From assembly GCF_963921235.1 (NCBI RefSeq), contig NC_086109.1:15626001-15690000 (forward strand): a stretch of DNA of 64,000 nucleotides, given 5' to 3'. Shown here piece by piece: positions 60,931 through 64,000 of this stretch. Source of the stretch: Mobula hypostoma. Its lineage: Eukaryota. Position numbers and translations under genes: made by a program. The notes under the pieces are model-generated. The model did not search any database. It was not told where the DNA came from and saw only the letters and a program-made list of their open reading frames with translations. Numbering within the stretch: the stretch's first letter is position 1; every line of letters begins with the position of its first letter.

Positions 60931-62069
60931 GATGGAAATTTGACTCCATACCATCTCATCTTGCCTCTTCTGCCTCTCTGAATTGCCTTGTTCCTGACAT
61001 TTTATCTCACAGCTATGGTGAAGGACTATCAGAAAATCTTTTCTTGGCAATTTCCATCCTTTTAAAGTAAAGGTGACAGTAATTTATAAATTTAAAAGTG
61101 GCTTATCATACACATTGCATTCTACTTTTAAAATATCACCCGCACTGCTTGCGATAACAAGCTGTTCCACACAGCAGGCTATTTACTTCTACATCAGTCC
61201 TGCAGCCTGTGTCCCTTGTGTGTTACAACAGTAACTCCTTCAGTGCCTGACTTCTCTTCTTATCTCATCCAGAATTTCTGAAAGCAGGAAAGCCCTTCTT
61301 CAGAGGAATACAGGGAAATATGGACGGTGACCGATGCAAGCAAGCAGCTGGAGATGACTTTGTCAGTGATTGAGAAATGGGAGCAGGGTAACCAGATGAT
61401 TTAAGGTCAAAGGGCAGGCAATAAGTGAATACGGGAATTTACAACGGCAGAGTTTTGGAAAGGGCAGACCTGAGGCAGCAATAACCGAAGGGCAACTACA
61501 AGGTGAGCTGAGATGGAAATTAAATTCACCAAGACAAGGCAATGCTCGGTGTAGTGGAATAAAAAGACTGTGCATACCTGTGGGGAAGCATTGGGTTGGG
61601 GCCAGGCAAGCTGGCAACAGTGACAAGACCTGCTTCAAGATTTATGAGCCAGTTCACTGCATTACAAGCTGCGAATTGATGCTGTCTTTGGATGGAATAA
61701 ACTTCATAGATTCAACCACCAGGTTCTTGAACAAAAGGGGATAACTACATTCATCTATTGAAATGCTCTCACAACCAATGATCTCACTTTAAGGGCTCTT
61801 TATCTTGTTATTTCACGCTCTCATTATTTATTGCCATTTACTTATACTTGCATTTGCACAGTTTGTTGTCTTCTGCACTCCATTTGATCTTTCATTGATC
61901 CTGTTAAAGTTACTATTCTTTAGATTTCCTGACTATGCCTGCAGGAAAATGAATCTCAGGGTTCTTTGTGGGGGCATATATATACTCCAATAATAAAACC
62001 TACTTTCAACTTTCAGAACTGCCACGTAACCATCATTGGTCCGAAACGCCTTCACAACAGTCTAAAACA

Positions 62070-62583
62070 CACTCAGTGACCACTTTATTAGGTACGGGAG
62101 ATAAATGGTCTTCTGTTGCTGTAGACCATTCACTTCATGGTTTGATGGTTGCGTATTCAGGTATGCTCTTCCGTACACTAATGTTATAATGCATAGTTAT
62201 TTGAGTTACTATCACCTTCCTGTCACCGTGAACCAGTCTGGCCATTCTTCTTTGACCTCTCTCATTAACAAGCTGTTTTAGCCTACAGAATTGCCATTCA
62301 CTGGATTTTTTTTGTATCTTTGCAAATCTTAGAGAATGTTTTGAATGCAAATCCCAAGATATCAGCAGATCCTTCCAGTCAGGTGCCAGCAATCACTCCG
62401 TGGTCAAAATCACTTAGATCACAATTCTTCCACATTCTGATGTTTGGTCTGAATAACAACTGAACCTCTTGACCATGCCTGCATGCTTTTGTGCATTAAG
62501 TTGCTGTCACATGATTGGCTGATTAGATATTCACATTAACGAGCAGATACACAGGTGTACCCTAATAAGGTGCCCGCTGAGTA
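62070..62583 (-). mobile_element. Family A non-autonomous Tc1 derivative
   Basis: cactcagtgaccactttattaggtac ... ccctaataaggtgcccgctgagta; ORF 62135-62392 has LVNERGQRRMARLV..RKVIVTQIT. Confidence 0.85.
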
Positions 62584-63482
62584 TAAATGAAACAGTTTTG
62601 TCTCGTTGAATCTAATTGCTTTATGATCTTAAACGTACCTCTTAATCTTGAAAAAAAAAGTAAATTATTTTAACCTTAATGCACCAAGGAAGACTTTTTC
62701 CAGATGATCTGGTCTATCTGCATAAACGACTTTTCACCTATTCCTGGCAACATTCTGGTAAATTTTCTCCATAAACTCAGCAAAGCACAATATTATATGA
62801 GACTGGATGATAAACTGCTTGAAGTCAGATATCGGAGGGATGTGGGGTACAGCTCCTTCTTTGTCCTTGACTTTGAAAATTTCCAAGTCGTAAAATAGTA
62901 CTATGGTTGTATTCACCAGTCAGTGCTTACTTAGTCTGGCCAAGGCTTTCTGCTTCTGAAGGCTCCCTGATAATAACCCATTACAAGAAATATTTCAATA
63001 GAGGATGGAAAAAGTTGCTTTGGGTCTTGGTTAGGATGCCTTCCATGCTTCTGGTAACAACAGCTAATTGGTGTGGAACTCCAAGTGCTTTATTAATATA
63101 CTTCAGTGAAGAAGATGACTCATTCTTAGCTGCTCCGGGCACATGTACAACCCCAGTCCCAGATCACAGCTGCTGGCTCTAAGGAGTGACCCCGCAAACT
63201 ACTCAGCTAACTCAAACATGCAAGGAGGCTGTGGAAGCCAAGCCACTGGCCATATTTAAAGTGGAGAACACTAGTAAGGGTGTCAAAGGTTACAGAGAAA
63301 AGGCAGGAGAATGCGATCAAGAGGGATAATAAATCAGCCATGATTTTTATAGGCAGATTGGACTCAATGGGCCAAATGGCCTAATTCTGTTCCTATGTCT
63401 TTTATGATCTTGTCCTCACCCCCAGTAATGAATAAATTTAATACATGAAGTGCAATGGACTATTTAGTTAACTTTGTTCCTA

Positions 63483-63726
63483 TTTTATTTAGAGATACAC
63501 ATCGTAACAGGCCCTTCCAGCCCAATGAGCAATTACACGCACGTGACCAATTAACCAACTAACCCAGATATATATCATTGGAACGTGGGAGGAAACCGGA
63601 GCACCTGGGGGAAACCCACGCAGTCACAGGTAGAATGTACAAAAACCTTACAGACAGCAGCGGGAAATGAACCCATGTTGCTGGAGCAATAATAGTGTTA
63701 TGTTAACCATTACACTACTGTGCCGC
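63483..63726 (-). mobile_element. tRNA-derived V-type SINE
   Basis: Minus-strand gcggcacagtagtgtaatggtta head, gggttcatttccc B-box, gtgactgcgtgggtttcccccaggtgctccggtttcctccca core. Confidence 0.75.
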
Positions 63727-64000
63727 ACATCTTAAGGGACGGTAAAACATGATGTTCTTTCCACTCTTGGTTCCATTCCAGCGTGCATTGTCTGTGCCAC
63801 TGATTGCTGGGACTGTTGCTACAGATTTTCTAGCTCTGATCTGATGCATTCACAAACAAAAACTTGGAAACCTGTGAATTCTGACAAAGTATATATTCCT
63901 TATCAATCAAGTCAAATTACGGTTATCACAAGAGGAATTCTATTAAGAACTTAGTATCTGTGTGCTTCATTTTGCCTTCCGACGGAAGAAATTACACAAT

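Noticed and set aside
62924..63185. Possible minus-strand exon ending at a gtaagc donor
   Set aside because: The longest minus frame hits a stop before the donor and no domain is recognisable; a non-coding exon cannot be supported without RNA data

Overview
Eukaryotic, AT-rich, repeat-dominated 64 kb with no host protein-coding exon, rRNA, tRNA gene or CRISPR array that I can support; it reads as intergenic or deep intronic DNA. The repeat mix (CR1 LINEs with CATAGAAA/CATAAGAC tails, Rex1/Babar tails, tRNA-derived V-type SINEs, Penelope-like remnants) suggests a cartilaginous fish, probably a ray or skate (inference). Every ORF with recognisable motifs belongs to a decayed transposable element. 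Highlights: (1) a deleted Ty3/Gypsy provirus (58242-60930, exact 5-bp TSD) that has no tRNA-type PBS and instead has an 18-nt perfect reverse complement of its own LTR segment ending in the AATAAA signal, which suggests self-priming, plus a YLDN RT motif; (2) a 1623-bp fold-back Tc1 element made of two right halves; (3) a family of Penelope-linked minimal hammerhead ribozyme motifs with one core-intact copy; (4) solo LTRs, three-TIR MITEs, a templated local inverted duplication and several nested insertions. Boundaries of old repeats are approximate and family names come from motif recognition, not database searches.
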